Shown here: positions 1 to 13,939 of the stretch, piece after piece | How the letters are laid out: each line of letters starts with the position of its first letter | How positions within the stretch are numbered: position 1 is the first letter of the stretch | Source: Ptychomitrium polyphyllum | Lineage: Eukaryota | Assembly: GCA_973851085.1 (NCBI GenBank) | Contig: OZ316775.1 | Coordinates: forward strand, 9,734,001-9,798,000 | Length of the DNA stretch: 64,000 bases | Direction: 5' to 3' | Made by a program: the position numbers and the translations under genes | The notes under the pieces: generated by a model | Databases searched by the model: none | The model's input: the letters and a program-made list of their open reading frames with translations, nothing else | Told to the model about the DNA's origin: nothing

Positions 1-1086
1 GAGACCATACAAGCCTACATAGAAAATGCGATTTTGTCATGAAAATGACGACCTTAGTATGTAACTAGAGTAGATGAGGAATGACCTCATATTGGTTTTA
101 CTATTGGATCATTTCACCACAGGTTTGAGACCTCAAGATATAGGACATAAAAATGGTGAATCATGCAAATGACTAAGTGAGTAACCGAGGATCACATCAA
201 CATAGACATCAGAAAGACCTCAACACCTCCTAATCGTTCGGCAGTAAAGGCGGTAACTTATAAGAAGGCCTCTGAGGGATATCCAGAACAAGAACTTCAG
301 CATTCGCCCGAACATTCACAAGAGAGAGCATAAGTGCCAACATTAGGAACACAGGCAGTAGAATTATGAGTCTTGTAATCAGGAACTCTTGGATCTAAAA
401 TGATGAAAAGGGAAGTCAGAAATCAAAGTTCAACGTGCTACCTTGTGTACTTGCAGTGTCCGGCAGGGCCAGGTTGAAAAGAATCAGGGACTATGTCCTG
501 ACAGGGCCATGCTGGTGCTCTGTCCAGTACAAAGAGAGGTAGGTTTATAAGACAAAGCAAGCAGCTCGTTTGGGCCGTGAGTGACCAAGAGGAAGAAGCT
601 TTGCACCCATGATTTGTTACGGGTAAGAAAGGAGTGGGAAGAGATTGGAGGAGTTGCAAATATAAACGTTTAGAGGTGGTAGCCAGAGACCAGAGCCAGG
701 ATGGATTGACAGTGGATTATGCATTTCTTCCTTGTAAATCGGTCCATCCGCAATTAAGAATGCCACCACTCTCCCAGCCCGATTTCCAATATTCTTGCTT
801 GCATCCTCTTATGACTTACGACACCCAGAAATGCAACAAGCACAAGCACCGGGAATTACCGTAGAACGAGAGGGTGATGATACCTCCAGCTTTGCACTGG
901 GCTTAGATGTATTTACAAAAACCGGGGGAAACAGCAGAGGTAAGCTTGGCGCCCTAGGCCAAAGCTGTCTTGAAAACTGATGCTCAGAAACGAGGCAAAA
1001 ATTAATGCCATGTTTCCGAAGAATAATTCTCTGCTGAATCCATGAAACTCTATGCTGCAAAAATAGGGTGGAGGAGAAACCAGACT

Positions 1087-3562
1087 TTACGATGTTGTCT
1101 GGCACTTCCAAGCGGACACGGTGATAAGAGAACGGTCTTGCCATGTGAGGGAGAGGCAGCCAGATGGTTTCTGCAAGCGGAAGTTATCGCAGTACTGCCA
1201 CAACAGCTGCTGCGCCTGGCTGTGCGCGTAATGGCTGAGGGGAACGTTTGTGTAGCCCGCATTTTGCATGTGGCGCGTCCACTGCTCGGAGCTCTCATGG
1301 CGCTGCGTCAGCTCGGCACCTTCACATGCCACGATGTTCTCGATCTGTTTGGCGAAGTAGTTGTTCTCCACGTTCAGCCGGTCCTGGCAGTCACGAGGCA
1401 TGGTTGCGTCCAGGGAGTCGAAGAGGGCGCAGTAGAAGTGGAGAGCATCTATAAACTTAGGTCTGAACTCGGTTCCGTTGAGGGCGGCGTCGTATTCTGT
1501 TAGCGTCACGAGAGAAGGTGCGAGGCAGGCCACTGATTTAAGGAGTCGTTGTATGCAGGGCGAGCCATCGTCTCCAAGCATCTCGTGGAGTTGTAGCATG
1601 AAGTTCGCAATGAGGTTTTCGTCGGGGTTGACCTGGACGGATTCGGGAGTAAAATCTGTCATCGAGACCAGGAACACAGGACAAAACTCCAATTCCACGC
1701 TCAGCTGCTCTGCAAAGCATGAACCAGGCAAGGTGAGAAAATACGAAGCCATCATATTTTAATACATTTGTCACCCAGTGAAGAATCCGATGAGTACGGA
1801 GTAAGTGGAATTTTCAAAGTGCACCTGCAAAGGATTGAAGCCTTCTACCAGTAGCGAGTAGAGACAGCGTGGAAGATTCAGAGCCTCCATTCGCAACGCC
1901 GATCCCAGTGATCTTAATCTTTGGAGGTGGCAGCTTCTTAGGCTGGGAAGCAAATGCTTGAAGTAAAGCTGCCCACTGTATTCCATGAGTGATTCCAAAG
2001 TCAACAATGTGCACCGCTTCACAGCCTTTCACCGCCTCCAAAATGGCTTGGTTTGCAGTCAAGTGGGAAAATTTCATATATGGGCATGCCTCGTTGAGCA
2101 CTTGGCACGCCACGAAGGAGTTATGAGGAGCTTCCAACGCCCTGCCGAGGGGGTGAGCAACCTCCCCTGTCTCTCGAGCAACTCGTTTCGTCAAAGCATC
2201 ACAAAAGTATGCAGCCACTCGTTGCATCGGATCGCCGAAGGGCGATGAGAGGTCTCGAAGACGACGCAAAGTAGAAAGAGTGGAATGATGGTTCTTTTCA
2301 AGCTGCGTTGCACATTCCAAAAGGAGGTGGACGAGGTGAACACTGTGGTCTTTGTCCAAGCCGCCGCTGTAATCGCTCTCCGTTGATCGTTCTTCAGCTT
2401 CAGAGATGTCCTTCCTGGCTGTGTGCTGCGTGGGGCCACTGGCATCGAAGCTTGGCTCCTCCTGCAGCGATGGGCCAGCCGCTCCATGTCCAAGCTGCTG
2501 CAATGTGCGTAGTCTGTGCTGCAATTCATAGTCTTCTTGCTGCAGTCCTGAGCGCTGCAGCTCTGCCATTGCAGCAGCGTCTTGCCCTTCAATGCCAACT
2601 CGAACACGAAGGTCCCGAGGCAGGGTGAAGTCATTCTCCCACGAGTCCACCATCACGGGCGGCAACGTAGAGCTTTCCGTGCTCTCGCAAGGTTGAAGGT
2701 CACCGATAAGCGACTCCATCCATTCATTGCCCTGAATGGCAGCCCCGCTGCCATATGTACTGCCGCCCCCAAAGCCCAATGTGTTGAAATCATCCATCTT
2801 CAGGGGAGGCAGCACGGTGCTTGATGTCGTAGAAGGACCACAACACAATCCCTGGTCTGGCTTCAACGGAGAGTTCCTGTGGTAGCGAGGACTACCTGCA
2901 AACAAACTCAGACAACTTTCAGACCCAGCAGCAAGAGGGTGAACATACACTCACTAAAACCACCAGTGAGCTTCATTACACAACATCCACATTATACCTT
3001 CAGCAAGTGCACCCATCCACTCACATGTCTTGAACCCGTTTACCAGATAATACTTCAATCTTGTACTACAACCATCCACCTTGAAAAACATCGTGTCCAA
3101 AAGTTTCAAAGAAGCAACACCCCACCTCCATGATGGACAAATGGAGCAGCCCCAGCTGAAGAATTCCTAATCATGAACGACTTTCTCAAAAGCAGTGAAC
3201 TTCGGATCTACTCGCCCCTTCAAAACCAAAACTCTCACACACATAACCGCGGTCCTCAAATCCACTCCCAACATAACCCCCCAAGATAAACTCCACACAA
3301 AACGATAACCTCCCTCACCACCAAACCTAGACCCCAAACCCTAAATCCTCAAACCACCTCGCTCTTCATAAACCAGGGAAAACCAAGGTCAACTCTCCAC
3401 ACTGACAAAACTCCCAAACCTCCCGCTAGCCTTCTCAGACCATCGACTTCAGCCTCCCCATAATCGCACACCGTCCTGTTACTTCACAGGCTCTCCCCCC
3501 ACATCTCGCTCGCTCTCTCTCTCTCGCTTACCAGAGCCTCTCAGAGACTCCCCCACACACAT
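1087..3562 (-). CDS. GRAS-family transcription factor, SCL4/SCL7-like (3 exons, ~574 aa)
   Basis: Exons 3562-3532, 2895-1825, 1709-1087 with GT..AG introns, phase-consistent (1725 nt). GRAS motifs: LVHLLLECA (LHRI), GDPMQRVAAYF, PYMKFSHLTANQAILEA, VHIVDFGITHGIQWAALLQA (VHIID), IKITGI..SLLATGRRLQSFA (SCL4/7-like), and a C-terminal LTWQDRSLITVSAW (SAW). The first micro-exon is less certain than the GRAS domain. Confidence 0.93.
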
Positions 3563-3911
3563 GGATCGATCGACATGGCAAGCTGGTTGGTCGGTACTCG
3601 CTAGGTTACCGTTGAGGAGGATTAAGATCGGAACCGTTGGCTTAGATTCCGAACGATGCTGAAGCTTTACAAGCAATTCTCCTCCATCGTTGGTCGTAGT
3701 AGGCTTGCTAAAGAAAAGGAGGCCCCTAAAGAAGGACAGCTGGGATGCTGCGATTGGGGCCCACTTTGGCACAGATTGACTATGTGGGAGTGCGGATTGG
3801 AGCGTCCGCATCTTGTGCTTTTGGATACGGTGGCCCTGCACATCCAAACATTCAAATAAGGTGTGTAGGAGCTTCACGGCGTTCCAGAACAATGGACAGG
3901 ACTCCTCTTTT

Positions 3912-4015
3912 GAAACTGGATTGGACAGTGGGTTGGAAACTGGATTGGACAGTGGGTTGGAAACTGGATTGGACAGTGGGTTGGAAACTGGATTGGAAAC
4001 TGGATTGGATAGTGG
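3912..4015. repeat. 24-bp minisatellite GAAACTGGATTGGACAGTGGGTTG x3 plus two partial units
   Basis: Perfect copies at 3912, 3936 and 3960, then a 12-bp half unit and a degenerate unit. It accounts for the repetitive ORFs 3745..4020, 3813..4037 and 3852..4094. Confidence 0.95.
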
Positions 4016-6929
4016 AATAGAGAAAGGTTTGAGATAATTCTAAACTATCCGGTGGGAAGTGGTACTCATGGTCATAAAAGATGGTAATGTGCAACCGTGC
4101 CGATTGGCGGTTTACCTCTTTTTAATGAAATATCCACCTGGCTTGATGGAATTTTGAAAAAACTAAAATAAAAAAATGCATGATTGTGACTTGATCTTTT
4201 TTAATTAAAATGTATGGCTAAGTGGTGGATTTTATTAATATTGGTGTTTAGTAAAAAATTGAGTTATTTAAGAATTCTTTTATTGTTTGATATAAATATT
4301 ATTTTAAGTATATATATATAATGGATGAATTGTTTATTACATCCCATTATGCATTTATTCCACTCCATTGTAGTTCTATGTGTTGTACAATTTATTTCCA
4401 ATAAACAAATTGGATCCTATAATTTAAAATCGATAATAAATTGGACTCTATATTTCAATATTCCATTCATTCCATGGTATAAAATTAAAACGGATTTGAG
4501 AAAAATATGTTGCATGGAAGGATTTTGTTGCTTTTTGTCAAACGTCTTTGAAAAACTATGTTGATAAAAGATGAAAAGTTATTTAAGAGTTAAGTTTACT
4601 AAGAATTATAACAAATATGAATAGGTAAATGATAACTTTGTGTATTTGGAAACTATCATTTGTTCATTGTAGATTAAGAATTTGTTTATCTATTTTTATA
4701 TTACTAAATCAAGGTCTAAATATATATATAAGTTTTGGGCTATTGAATATAAAGCTTATTGGACATTCAATGATGTAAGCATCATAAACAAGTTTCATAG
4801 AATCAACACACCATGTTATAATCAAAGAACTTTTAAATATGTGATAAAAAAGAGAGGTCCTAATTTCACTAAGATTTTATAAAATCACGCTTATAGATGT
4901 AGACATTATTTTACTTTTTATCTTTTTAATTTTGAAGGTCATGAACACAATGTTAGCGTATAATTATAATCTTTTGTTGATTTTAGCAAAAAACACGTCA
5001 AAGGTCTATTCTTCATTATATTTCTACAAATTTTGAAGCCACACTTTTTAAAAAGAAAATTGCATTTTTAAATGCTTGTAACTTCTTTTGTCTACAACTT
5101 GATGTGAGAAGCAATAATTTAGAATTTCTAGGCCATGAAAGCATTAGAAATTAGAGCTAAGATTGTAAATACTACTCCTTTTTATACCTAAATCCTTAAT
5201 TCCAAAGAAACTCCTTAATAATTTATGGTGTATATGTGGTATATTTTGGTACCTTCCTTCCTATTGCTATTTGCTTTTCTTTTAATGGTTGCAAATCTTA
5301 ATAAAATTATGCTTCAATCTTTAAGTACCTTGGTGCTATTATGATGCCTTGGGTTATTAGAACTAAAAGCTGGAACATACAACATCATAACAGACAATAT
5401 CATATCTGCTGTAGTCTGTAGGGGTGGGTGGGAATCCAAGGGCTATCATAAATCTTTCTTCTACAAGAACACCATCTCAAAGCCAATGAAGACCTTGAAT
5501 GTGCCCATCGTTATAAACGGTATAGCACCGTTCTAGTTTAAGATCTGCATCATGTGAGGAGAAATGCATGGTGTCAGAGGGGTCACACAAGACGAACGTG
5601 ATTCACGATACGTCGTGTGTCTGATTACGTGCTGTAGACAGTAACAAGACACTCTCATTTTACATCTCCGGAAGAAACGTGTCGTCATGATAATTTGCTT
5701 GATATTAAGCAGTGTGAAGTTCATGACTGTGACTCCTGAACCTATGCAAATCATAAGATAGTTTAAGCTGTGGAAGAGTGAAACCAGTGCCAGAAGCCAG
5801 AGGTTCGGGAAGGTTCGGCACTTTAAATGATCAGAGCTGAGCCACGAGTTACAGACTGTTTCACAATTTGTACTTATGGTCATCTACTGCATTGCTGCAT
5901 TTTCGATGCTCTGCAATGAGCACTTACAAACAGCACTAACGGAGGGCTCGTCTTTTTCGCAATGCTGGAGACCGTTTGATTCATTTAAATTGATATCTAA
6001 GTGTCATTGATGGTTTCCGACTGTTTCACAGAAGAGAATTATCTATCATGCTTTGTGTCGACAATGTCTTCAAAACTCGTTCAGGAATTACTGGTTGTTC
6101 AGCTCTACATAAGGATAACACTCTGCTGATGGCAGTGGTCGCCAAAAAGTGGGGCAACAATCTGCTTGAAGTTCCTAGCTGGGTTTCCAAAGGCATTTCA
6201 TGGCGTGCTGGCTGAAACGTAACAAGCTTTGACCAGTTACCACCGCAGTCAATGACGAGAGTGAAGTCGGTCGGTCGGAACAAGACATCAATGATGTGGA
6301 GAATGCCCGGTAGCAGTATCCAATAGAGTCCATATATGCAGGATTGCAGCTTGAAGGAATTAGGCAGCCTACGTGGAATAAGGGATTTTTTCGGTCATTC
6401 ATGTGATGGCCATTGCAGTGCAGGTAGATCAATTAATCTCGACTCCATTATTTCCATCTCCATCTCTACTAGTGCTCTAAAAAATTAGGAAGCCATATTG
6501 TAAAAGTAACATAACAACAGGTTTACTGATTCAACAGCAAGAGAGTCAGGTAATAGCCTCATAGTCACCTGACCTGATACACATGGATACCTACACATGT
6601 ATTGCAAATTACTTGCTACTTATTCGCATTCACATCTGAGTCTAATCTTCTGCGACGAAGCGAGTCACCTCAAACCCAATCTAAGTACCGTGCTATCATC
6701 TTAACCTATACATACGAAGTGCGGCAACCCACTCTCGAGACGTGCTTCTCGGTCTGGCGTTACGCACTTATGCAGCCACTGTCAACCGTTGGTTTAGCAC
6801 CGCACAACGGATTCTTACTAACAATCACGGATCCAGGACAACTTGAAAAATCAAGAGCCTCTCAGCGGTAATGCAGCTAGAGCCCAAGCCTTCGCGCTTC
6901 ACTGTGGTAAATCTAGAAGTGAACGCCAT

Positions 6930-7427
6930 TCAATAGCCGCACATGCCATTCTTGCAGGGGACACCTTTGCACACATGTCCGCAATAACCGCAGTTCTTGG
7001 GGTCGGCTTTAAGATTTGAGCAAACGCCACTGCAACAGAATTGACCAAAGGTGCACCGCTTGGTGCACGACCCACATTTGTCGATGAAATTGAGGCCGAC
7101 GTCCCAGCATAGTTTGATGTTGGTAATGGGGTCAGTGCAGCATTCAGGAACTCTGGCGAAGGGAAGGATCGACTTGCAATTGTTAGAGGTACTGGTACCA
7201 GCACCGCCACATAAGTTGAAGTTCAGAAGTTTGCGGCCGATGGGAGTAACCTCATCAAAGCTGGCCAAGAATCGACCACGCCCTACCTGCTCTAGGTCAA
7301 TAACGTCGTCAAGTTCCAGGCTATGTGCTCCGCTACAGATGCTCGGTGCAGCGACGATGGCCATCACTATAAGAAGTGGCAGTGCCAGCTTTAAGGTGGT
7401 GGTCCAGCAGCACTGTGAGAGAGCCAT
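6930..7427 (-). CDS. STIG1-family secreted cysteine-rich protein (copy A, 165 aa)
   Basis: Single ORF with good start context (ccaaccATGG), hydrophobic signal peptide (LALPLLIVMAIVAA), GRFL motif, and a 16-Cys domain ending CGSCTKRC..CCSGVCSNLKADPKNCGYCGHVC..CKNGMCGY, the STIG1/GRI pattern. Confidence 0.92.
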   Translation of the reverse strand: MALSQCCWTTTLKLALPLLIVMAIVAAPSICSGAHSLELDDVIDLEQVGRGRFLASFDEVTPIGRKLLNFNLCGGAGTSTSNNCKSILPFARVPECCTDPITNIKLCWDVGLNFIDKCGSCTKRCTFGQFCCSGVCSNLKADPKNCGYCGHVCKGVPCKNGMCGY

Positions 7428-7608
7428 GGTTGGATTCGAGGAGGACCTTACAGTTTTCTAATTCGGATATCAGAATGAAGTTCAAGACAGAAATAATCTG
7501 CTTGTGAGCCACCGCCTCCTCCTCTGATCTGCTGGTGCTAGGACCAGCTGGCTTGAGAGAAGTGCTAGAGATGAAGATGCGACTGCCAAGTATAAAATCT
7601 GCGGGCAT

Positions 7609-7615
7609 CTTTATA
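7609..7615 (-). promoter_or_regulatory. Putative TATA box of STIG1-like copy A
   Basis: TATAAAG on the minus strand ~180 bp upstream of the ATG at 7427. Motif and position only. Confidence 0.35.
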
Positions 7616-10600
7616 GTCGATCTCTCCCTTGCTTGGAACTCGAGAATGCTTCCTCAGCTAGCAGCACCTGTCGAGTAATCATTGGTGACTTGTCACGATC
7701 TTGAGCAAAAGCTGTCATGTTCTTCGATTAAATGGCGATCCCGATGTGGAATTTAATGCTCATGCAAGTACATTTTCAGAGACAGAACTCTGAGAACGTA
7801 CCTAGCTGTAGCAGAATTTCAGATGGACACGTGCCATTGCTCCTTTGATTTTCTGATGGTAGTACTGCGAAATCGATGCAAGAGCTCCAAGATCCATTCC
7901 GTTCTTTTAAATTTCATTCCTTTTCAGTACTAATATTTAGCAATCCGAAAGACAACTATGCAAAACGTACTAAGTTAAAAATCATTCCCGACCGCTAGCT
8001 TGTGTGGGTTTTCGGTGGAGGTACAGAAAGCGGTAAGCAATGATGCTTGTTACGCATGAGAAGAGTCTACAATCTACCATGAGATTGTATTACAGCGTGT
8101 TTCTAGCTTTTCAGAAGTCTGATAGCATTTTGTGTGGCCAGTAACATTGCGACAACGGTTCAATGTTCTAGACGTGAACGACGTTCTATTATCGATGTCA
8201 GGACTTGAAAGTATGAAACGTACGTTGTGAAGTGGTTCTTCATCCACCCTTGTATGAATCAAGGTATAGGTCGAGTCGGCCTTCACTTACAGGTCGATGA
8301 AGACTTTACCTGTGACATCACGGTGTAAGAGAGCAACATGCATAGATTTGTTGAAAGCCTGGTGGAATCGTGAGCACTACATTCGAGCTAGTTGCACGAT
8401 CTAAGTGGGAATCACAAGCTGCCAGCTTTCGATTGCCCCATTCAGGAGACATGCTGAATTTCTGTGACAAAAATGCGTAATCACAGTTGATGTGCTTAAT
8501 TGACCAACCTCATACAGGGAGCGTCGGACTCTAAGCACTGATATCTTTAGGTCTTATTTAAGGGTTGCTCTTAGAGATGAATTAATTCTACTCGTATGCA
8601 TATTTATAATGGTTATCTATCAGCGATAGGCAGCTTACGATTGCATTTCAAAAAGGTCCTTGTCAGAGTGAAAGCTGGATATGAATATTGTTTGTAAATT
8701 TGGCACATACAAAAGCGCAATGGTGTTTGCTGTAAGAAGGATCTGGAATTCTTGCCTTTAATCCCAAGAAGCATACTGGACGAAGACTTTAGTTTTCCAG
8801 AAACTGTCTTCGTTTAACATCTTAGTTATTTTACACATGCTCTCCAAATCACTACACCATGGTCAGTGAAATAGAGTGTCACAAATGATTGAATTCTAAT
8901 CATCTTATTCAATGCCGTTAGGCGCATCAACATACCATCAGATTTGTACAACGGAATAGCTGCAATTTGGAACTGTTAGCAGTTGTAACCACGAGGTCAG
9001 CGGAATAGGTTTTGACCAGAAATCAAGGCCCTAATTTGGGCTGCAATTTGACTTATTGAGTGCTATTTTAATTGAATCTCGAAATCGAGTCGTGGATACT
9101 TTGAAATGTACGCAAGAGCGAGGCGAACACTAATCGCGAAGAACTTTGATGCTGGGAAGAAACAGTTCTAGGTCGAAATGGCCATGGCGAATTGGGACTC
9201 TGCTGCAACAGTCTCACTAAGTATCAATTCTTGACGAGAAGTTGCTCCAGAGTTGAAATTGAGACAATCAAACTTTGGTGCAAGCTGTTTTCGAAACCCG
9301 TTTATGTTCATATACAATTCAGTTGCAAAAATTCGTGCCTGTACCCCGGTATGTACATTGTCCTCTTCATACAGCTTCTGAATGACGAAAAGAACTGGAG
9401 CAGAAGTTTTCATTGTCACGCGCTCTAGGGTGGTCCATGATCACAACGATAGGCCATAAGTTCAGACTTCATCAAGGTCACTTCCTACGTCGTGATTCGA
9501 GTCAGCACGTTTAGGAATTGTCAAGAACCTCCGTACAATTAACTTCTGTACCAATAATAGCACGAGTTGTTGTTACGTCTATTTCAGGATCTGATATTTT
9601 CCTGAGTTTCCATGTCTACGTCTGACAAGGTTTAACAGATATGGATGTGAGGCACACACAAGCCTAGCCATTCAGTAACCAATTCTTATAGTCTCGCAAG
9701 ATTGTAATGCTCTTAAATTCGCTCACATTACTCATTGTACCATGTGGCTGAACTGCGTCCATAGAAATTCCTGCAAATGGATCTCTACAAGCGGAGCAAA
9801 ACAATTATATTGACCTTCTGGACTCTCTCTGGCATCCTTGGATCTAGAGGAAGATGAGTGCAAAACTTCACAGACCAGATTGAGATTTTCTTTGGACTCA
9901 CCCTTTAAATCAGGCATCGAACACCTCGTCCGTTAACGGTGAGCCACTTGCACGGCAAAAGCTCCGGTGACACAAGGAATCTCCGGATCTGAAGAAATGT
10001 CAAATTTAAGCGCTTTAAAAATCCGACCATTATCACACTGTATTAGAAACTAGTGCTGTGGTACCTGGTTCTAGCCCGTCAATGGATCTGAATTCATAAA
10101 TATGGCCGACTCCGCAGTGCCTTCAGGCAATATTAATAACTTCAGTTGAAACTTGACTGAAGTTAAAACTTCGCCGATCTTAGAAAAACTGGTAAAAAAT
10201 GTTACATTTCCAGTGAATGACCGAAGCAATATGGATGTTCATTTTGGAGGTAAGGCATTGCCACTGCTGCCAGTCCTTGTTGATTTATAAATCAAGAACA
10301 ACCAGAGCAGCTAGGCCAATTCTATAAGCAGTACTGGAGGTCATCAGCAGGCATGCTATGTTGGCGCAACACTGCATCAGAGTCTTGAAAACTTCCTCTG
10401 TATTAAGCTTAATTACACCTCTCTGCTACTGCTAATGTACTGCTAATGAATCTCAAGTATACGAGAAACCAGACAAGTGATTCATTGAGTGTGTTGCAAG
10501 AAATTCTTGTTACACATATTGGACACTGCATGCCTGCACATGCCTGCACAGAACTAAACTCCAAAGACTTCAAGGAAGTAAAATGCTTATCAAGACCAGA

Positions 10601-13600
10601 TTCATTGAGAAAGATAACCCAGGTCAAAGGGTATACAAAATTCTGTTCTCTCCAGTGTCTTCTGTGGGCTGCCATAGGTTTCCTTAACATCTTGAAAAAT
10701 CCCAAGTGCTCTAAGAAGACAGGACAGACTAAGTTGAAGTTTGTGTGTGTCAGGACCCAGGAATTTGACAAATCCTATAAATGGATTTGGCACAATGTCC
10801 TTGCAATTGAGTCCAGAGAAAATTTAATATAATTACTTCGATATTGTCAAAACAGTGGATTCGGCTAGAGTTTCTTGTAAAGCTGTCGAACACATTCAGG
10901 TGTTGGATAGTCTGGAATTATGGAGCATCATGCACTTAACATCATGTATCATGGAATCGGATGGCCACTTGGCTCTCAGTTTCCATCATGATCACATTGC
11001 AGCACAAAATTAATTTTAAGACTTTCAACTTTAAATTATAATATTAAATATGTCTATTTTTATTATTTCAATTATTCCAGCAGAAATTATGGATTCTTAA
11101 CTTATTTTTCTACACCTCCAAGAAGTTCTATATCAAGCGGATAAAATTCTGATAGGTGTTTGGGGGTTCTAGAGTCAATAAAGCAATTGCAAACTTCTGA
11201 AAAACTTGCCAAAAGTACACTAAATCTTTTTCAATTTCCACTTTTTTCCATTTCCGTGGAAGGTAGATCAGGTTTGGTGGTGGGAGGTGTTGCTCCTTTT
11301 TCGTGCTCCACTTTCTTGTTGCTGGTTCTCGATACTTCAGCAAGGTTTCCAAAGTTGGCCTTCAGTTGACATCTGCTTTGGATGATTGTGAGAAGCACAG
11401 CGGTTTCGTAACTTGTGAAGTTTGGAGACAAGATTCAGTGACTAACGCGAAGGAACTTCCTATTGGTGCTGGTCTATTTAGCCGAACTCTTTGGCTTCAT
11501 GAGAGATGTGAGTTTCGAATGCTCCACATAGAGTTGGCTAGTGTACTTGTAGTTGATGCGAGGGATGGTAATTGCGGACCGGTACATGTTTTTTTGAAAT
11601 GCAAGCCGCTGTGTTCAGATCCAGAAGACAAGTTTAACGGCGCAGAGTAAATCACAAGTTTCATCGGCGTGAATGAGGGAGCCTTTCTTGAAGTCTGCTA
11701 TCATCGGAGGAGGCGTCATAAATTCTTCATTCGGGTGCAACTGGCACTGGGTGGATATTGATTCTAGAGTAAGATAACATCGGTCTTGAAGTTCTTTGCT
11801 GTTTCCAACTCTGAACTTGTAAACAGCAAACTGATTCAACATCAATTACCCAATTCAAGACTCAGTATTGTTCTTTGCCGAGTGAAAGCGGGTAGCTTCC
11901 GTGGATGTTCGTGTCGAAAACTAGCTCTGGCGACCGGGGAAAGTCAATGCTCTAGTTCCTTTGTATTTCTTTGTCATCCTGCTTCCAAATGCCCATGCCC
12001 AATTAACTTACCAAATATCAATCCTTCTGAAAATATCCTTGAGAACTGAGCTCATCAACTTCGAAACAGATCCTTTCAGTTTGGTATATGTTTATCGAGC
12101 ATTTGAAATAATGGATTCAATAAGACCTTCCAGAAAATGTATCGCTTTATTAAATTGCTCACACCATTATTCGTGAATGAGAAATATTACTGAACATCGT
12201 TGATTCAGATTAATACGGGTTTCTACCTTTGTCTTCCTTAGCTATGGCAGTCACTTGAAATCCGTTTTCGTCTTACTTTCTTTGATTTCTTTGGATTGTG
12301 TGATTCTGAAAGTAAAGTTTACCTGCACATCAAATTCAGAAAGTGATGGCGGTTGTGTTTTAGTTCAGAGTGATTACGCTCCTTTCTGAACTGTTTTAGG
12401 ATTCGGATCCGTGATCTCTCAGTCCTGATGATGCCGTTGACGATACTGCTAAAGCTTGCATCTAATATTGATTAGTGTTACAATTTTACGATAATTTCTA
12501 TCCATCACGAGTCATCAATTGCTGATTCACGTTTAGAGATATAATTTTGTATGATATCCGTTCTTCTTCGTCTTTATTTCAGTTTGTCAGTAGCGATGTG
12601 ACGATGTCGGAATGAGGACTACTTTGCTTTGTCATTGTGCATAATCGATATGTCTTGCTCGGGGAAATTTATTTGAGTTCCTTCGCTTGTTAGATTAGGA
12701 GTGAATTTATCACTTGGCTTTGGTCTTGGTAATCTAATCTGGCAATTAACACCTAATCCAGTTGTTAATTCTCTGCATCTATCTGCCTCCAAGATTCATC
12801 ACTTTCGCCTTGAATAGTTTCTCAGTAGAGCGTTCTGATTTGAATGTAAACCTAACCTAGAAAAGCCAGAGTCAAAGGTTACTCACAGAATGCTTCTCTA
12901 CAGCTTTCTTCAACTTATTTACTTATAAAGATGTCAGAAGAGTATGAAGTTATAATCTTTACAAGCAAATTTGAAAAAACACAAGGTATGTTGATGATCG
13001 GTTTCAATGAAGCTCGGCTTCAACGTGTAGTGAAACCTACAAATAGCTGCAACTCACGGTATCATATGCATTGCCACAAACAAGATTTCGACACTGACAT
13101 AAATACTGCAAGGAGGAAACGAGATCAGGGTGAAGCAACCTCGAAATGAATGTCATCGTGCAATGCCCAAGCCTCATTCTTCGGAAGTACAGCTGATGTG
13201 CAGTACATAACTTGCGCTTACAGAGGATTGATGTGAATTAACTCATATAATGACATAATGGTGAATTATATGATTATATGCACTGCCTACCAGTGATTTG
13301 CTGCGCCGAAGGACATGCCAATTCAAAATGAAAAAGAAAAAGAACTCACGTCTCTAACTTATTACAATGTGTATATTCCACTTGGAAACCTCTCTGGCAG
13401 ACTAAGTTCTCAACGTGGAACGTCTGAAGCTCCGGACATTTAAATTTCCAAATGGCACGATAGCAAAATACTCCAATGAACAGCATATTGTCGAAAGCAA
13501 GCTACAGAAGCGAAGGGAACATCCGAACGGTTTACCACTCCAGGAAACGGCTCCCTAATTGAAGAACTTGACAACGTGTCTTCAGCTTGCCAATGGACGA

Positions 13601-13932
13601 ACCGAGGGAAGAACTTTATCACTTCCAGCAAAAGCATTCACTAGTCCTCACAACTCAAGTCCACCACAAGGCCATCAACATTACTATTTAAGATTGCAAA
13701 ACTCTTACTCGAACTAAAGAATGACCAAAGCACTGTTTGGAAAGATGGCAGGCTTTATAGATTCGAATCCGGATGTCACCACAACGTGCATGAGCTGCAT
13801 GTCAGAGATCTACCCGAAACATGGAATAAATTATCATTTGAGCTGCTGTTGACATGACATGGTCAAGTGGGTACGGGAGTTGGTAACGAAAACTATAGCT
13901 ACTAGGAGACGTATCCTCTCCACGACCATATG

Positions 13933-13939
13933 TATAAAT
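13933..13939 (+). promoter_or_regulatory. Putative TATA box of STIG1-like copy B
   Basis: TATAAAT ~120 bp upstream of the proposed ATG at 14057. Confidence 0.4.

Noticed and set aside
1042..2824. Plus-strand and alternative-frame ORFs over the GRAS gene
   Set aside because: Shadow ORFs of a GC-rich coding region with no motifs.
3745..4094. ORFs with KLDWTVGW / ETGLDSGL / SSFQPTVQ repeats, and a possible CRISPR-like array
   Set aside because: These are by-products of a head-to-tail 24-bp minisatellite open in several frames. There are no unique spacers or cas genes, and the context is eukaryotic.
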